The notes under the pieces: generated by a model
What the model saw: the letters and a program-made list of their open reading frames with translations, nothing else
The model's database searches: none
What the model was told of the DNA's origin: nothing
Program-made: the position numbers and the translations under genes
Origin: Escherichia coli
GTDB taxonomy: Bacteria > Pseudomonadota > Gammaproteobacteria > Enterobacterales > Enterobacteriaceae
Assembly (NCBI RefSeq): GCF_044324785.1
Contig: NZ_CP172127.1
Strand: one strand, 5' to 3'
Length of the DNA stretch: 64,000 nucleotides
Part shown: positions 61,236 to 64,000 of the stretch, piece after piece
Layout: each line of letters begins with the position of its first letter
Numbering within the stretch: the first letter of the stretch is position 1

Positions 61236-61814
61236 TCAGGGTTTCACACCAATTTGCAGCGCCAGTTCACGAATTATGCCTGCGGTCATTCCCCATACAA
61301 AATACTGTTCGTACCAGGACAGCCATACCCGATGTGAATCGCCACGGCGGTAGATATCTAAAGGGTGATAACGACCCAGATGTAATGCCTGGGCGAGCGG
61401 CATTTCAAACACCGCCGAGACTTCATCTTCACTGGCGCGATACGGCAGATCGGGCGGGATAATGCCGACCACCGGGGTTACCTGGTAGCCAGTTACGCTA
61501 TCGACGGGCGGCAGCACGCCGATAACTTCAACGGCGGAAGGCGGTATAGCGACCTCTTCTTCAGCTTCGCGCAGCGCGGCGGCGATAACTGATGTGTCCG
61601 TGTCATCGACTGCACCTCCAGGGAATGCCACTTGTCCGGCGTGTTTACGCAGATGAATCGAACGCTGAGTCAGCAATAACCCCGGTTGCGGTCGACGGAC
61701 GATGGGGATTAACACGGCAGCCTGACGATGATTTAGGGTTTCCCGGTTAATTTGCGGGCGCAAAAGTTGAAAGCGCGATAAAAAATCATCAAGCGTCAGG
61801 CTACGGTATTCCAC
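61236..61814 (-). CDS. nudL: CoA pyrophosphatase (Nudix)
   Basis: 192-aa ORF; Nudix box; 3-nt spacing after pabB. Confidence 0.9.
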   Translation of the reverse strand: MEYRSLTLDDFLSRFQLLRPQINRETLNHRQAAVLIPIVRRPQPGLLLTQRSIHLRKHAGQVAFPGGAVDDTDTSVIAAALREAEEEVAIPPSAVEVIGVLPPVDSVTGYQVTPVVGIIPPDLPYRASEDEVSAVFEMPLAQALHLGRYHPLDIYRRGDSHRVWLSWYEQYFVWGMTAGIIRELALQIGVKP

Positions 61815-61817
61815 GTC

Positions 61818-63179
61818 TTACTTCTCCAGTTGGCGTAATATCTTATTAACTTTATCAAAAGTTTCCTGATATTCCGCTTCTTCCTGGCTATCGGCGACAA
61901 TTCCACCGCCCGCAGAGCAGTAAATTTGTCCGTTAATGGCAGTCAGCGTGCGGATAGTAATGCTGGTGTCCATGTTGCCGCAAAAGCTCAAATAGCCAAT
62001 GCTGCCGCACCAGGCATTGCGTCGGTGCGGTTCCAGTTCGTCGATAATTTCCATAGCCCGTACTTTCGGAGCCCCAGTTATTGAGCCACCAGGAAAAGCT
62101 GCGCGCAGCAGATCGCTGGCGTGTAACTGTTCTGGTAGCCGCGCCGTTATGGTGCTGACCAGATGATGCACGGCAGGGAAGGGTTCGACCACGAACAGCT
62201 CTGGTACTTTTACCGAACCAGCTACGGCAACGCGACCGATATCATTACGCATTAAATCAACAATCATCAGATTTTCAGCGCGATCTTTCGCTGAGTTCGC
62301 CAGTTTTTCTGCTTGTTTGCTATCTTCCTGAGGATCGGGCAGGCGTGGTAGCGTGCCTTTAATCGGGCGGGTCTGGATTTCACTATTATCACAAAGGATA
62401 AACCGCTCTGGCGAAAGGCTTAAAATCGCACCCTGTTCAAGACGTAAAAAAGCGCTAAACGGCGCGCGGTTGGCCTGATTAAGCTGAAGGAATGCCTGCC
62501 ATTCATCGCCAGAATAGGTCGTATGAAAACGCTGGGCGAGATTCACCTGATAGCAATCACCACTGTGCAGATATTCCTGTACCTGGCGAAATTTTTCGCC
62601 GTACTGCTCGCGGGTCATATTGGATTGCCAGTCGGAAGTGAGCGTGAAATCTTCCTGCGGCGAGAATTGCTGGCTTTCCAGCCAGGCCCGACGAGCATTG
62701 ACATCATTATGACTCAGCAAAGAAACTGTTTGACGCTGGTGGTCAACAACCAGCGCCCAGTCGTAGATACCCACTACCATATCAGGCAGAACGATATCTT
62801 GCTGCGCAATTTCTGGCAGTGACTCAAAACGGCGGCCCAGATCGTAGCCAAACAACCCCAGCGCGCCGCCCTGAAATGGCAAATCTTCGTTATGCGCTGG
62901 GCGAATGTCTGCGCGATCCAGCACCTGCTGGAGCACCTGTAGCGGGTCATCAGTGGTCGTTGTGCGTTTTTCGCTTTCACTAACAACGGTTTCTTTACCG
63001 AAAGTGGTTAAAGTGCAAATCGGCTCGGCGACCACAATATCAAAGCGGCTATACGGATGATCGGCATAGCCGGAGTGTAAAAGCATCGCCCACGGCAGGT
63101 GGCTTAAGCGGGAGAAATAAAATTCAGCGGCGTCCTGACGCCAGGGTAAAGTAATCACAGCGGGAGATAACGTCTTCAT
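61818..63179 (-). CDS. pabB: Aminodeoxychorismate synthase component I
   Basis: 453-aa chorismate-binding enzyme recognised as PabB. Confidence 0.95.
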   Translation of the reverse strand: MKTLSPAVITLPWRQDAAEFYFSRLSHLPWAMLLHSGYADHPYSRFDIVVAEPICTLTTFGKETVVSESEKRTTTTDDPLQVLQQVLDRADIRPAHNEDLPFQGGALGLFGYDLGRRFESLPEIAQQDIVLPDMVVGIYDWALVVDHQRQTVSLLSHNDVNARRAWLESQQFSPQEDFTLTSDWQSNMTREQYGEKFRQVQEYLHSGDCYQVNLAQRFHTTYSGDEWQAFLQLNQANRAPFSAFLRLEQGAILSLSPERFILCDNSEIQTRPIKGTLPRLPDPQEDSKQAEKLANSAKDRAENLMIVDLMRNDIGRVAVAGSVKVPELFVVEPFPAVHHLVSTITARLPEQLHASDLLRAAFPGGSITGAPKVRAMEIIDELEPHRRNAWCGSIGYLSFCGNMDTSITIRTLTAINGQIYCSAGGGIVADSQEEAEYQETFDKVNKILRQLEK

Positions 63180-63252
63180 CAGTCCTGACTCTACTGGCTA
63201 TGTGCCGGGTAGCATGAAATAATTAGCGCCAACAATTTAGCAGGAGTTAACA

Positions 63253-63432
63253 ATGTTTGCAGGTTTACCTTCACTCACCCATGAACAGCAGCAAAAAGCC
63301 GTCGAGCGGATCCAGGAACTGATGGCACAAGGGATGAGCAGCGGCCAGGCAATCGCGCTGGTGGCAGAAGAGCTGCGTGCCAACCATTCCGGCGAGCGAA
63401 TCGTGGCGCGTTTTGAGGATGAAGACGAGTAA
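63253..63432 (+). CDS. yoaH: UPF0181 small protein YoaH (59 aa)
   Basis: ATG..TAA encoding [59 protein letters not shown]; SD AGGAG upstream; below ORF-track cutoff. Confidence 0.8.
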
Positions 63433-63485
63433 CACACTTATCCGTATCGTTTTCGTTATAGAAGCCGATGGTTATTTGATTGTGA

Positions 63486-63524
63486 GAAAAAGGACGCTTT
63501 TCATATGTGATTAAAAGCGTCCTG
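63486..63524 (-). terminator. Hairpin terminator downstream of yoaC
   Basis: aggacgctttt / aaaagcgtcct 11-bp stem with A5 on plus side. Confidence 0.55.
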
Positions 63525-63551
63525 ACCCATTTATGCTGATGTAAATTTAAC

Positions 63552-63851
63552 TTAGACCAGTGCTTTTAGTTCTTCCTGCATATATGTTGAAAAGTATTCA
63601 GGATTTTTAATCACAGAGCGTTCACCTGTCTCCATTTTTTTTGCCCATCCAACCATTTTTTCCGTGAACCCAGGGTTCCAGCCTTCCTGGTCAGCTCGCG
63701 CCGTAATATCAGCGGCACTCGCGGGTACTCCCAGTTCTTTTAAATATTTAAAGATTCCCTTCGCCGTGCTTTCATTCATCGAACTTGGTGTTGGCGCTGA
63801 TACATCCATGGCACCAATGAAATCCAGGGCTTTATCTATTACAGCAGGCAT
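63552..63851 (-). CDS. yoaC: DUF1889 family protein YoaC
   Basis: ORF 63552..63911; start uncertain, set to internal ATG giving 99 aa. Confidence 0.7.
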   Translation of the reverse strand: MPAVIDKALDFIGAMDVSAPTPSSMNESTAKGIFKYLKELGVPASAADITARADQEGWNPGFTEKMVGWAKKMETGERSVIKNPEYFSTYMQEELKALV

Positions 63852-64000
63852 ATTCTTATCCTTAAAATTAACCATGTTATCGATAAGGCTATATATGACC
63901 TTAATTTGCATCTAATATCAAAGGGATTATAACGATATGGCACGAGTTAACCTGTTGACATTCAGGTGTTTTAAAGGTAGCAGCTCATGGTGTGTTATCC

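Overview
This 64 kb window reads as Escherichia coli (or very close Shigella/Escherichia) core chromosome, colinear with the K-12 torZ-to-pabB region in reverse orientation. It carries about 65 housekeeping genes, and no rRNA, tRNA, CRISPR array or prophage was seen. The one clearly accessory element is an apparently intact IS200/IS605-family insertion sequence (divergent tnpA/tnpB, about 27295-29065) between yebE and ptrB. Its TnpB keeps the RuvC-like D/E/D residues and zinc finger, so an RNA-guided nuclease with a right-end guide RNA is predicted; this is a known system class, not a novel one. Other non-CDS features are the SdsR/RyeA sRNA pair, the mntP manganese riboswitch leader, LexA, Zur and PurR operators, REP clusters and several intrinsic terminators. 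Small proteins below the 60-aa ORF-track cutoff (mgrB, yobF, yoaH) were added by direct reading, along with a candidate 21-aa ORF between yebB and ruvA. All gene identities come from recognising the translated proteins and the locus order from memory; no database search or computation was run, and coordinates of features not in the ORF track may be off by 1-2 nt.
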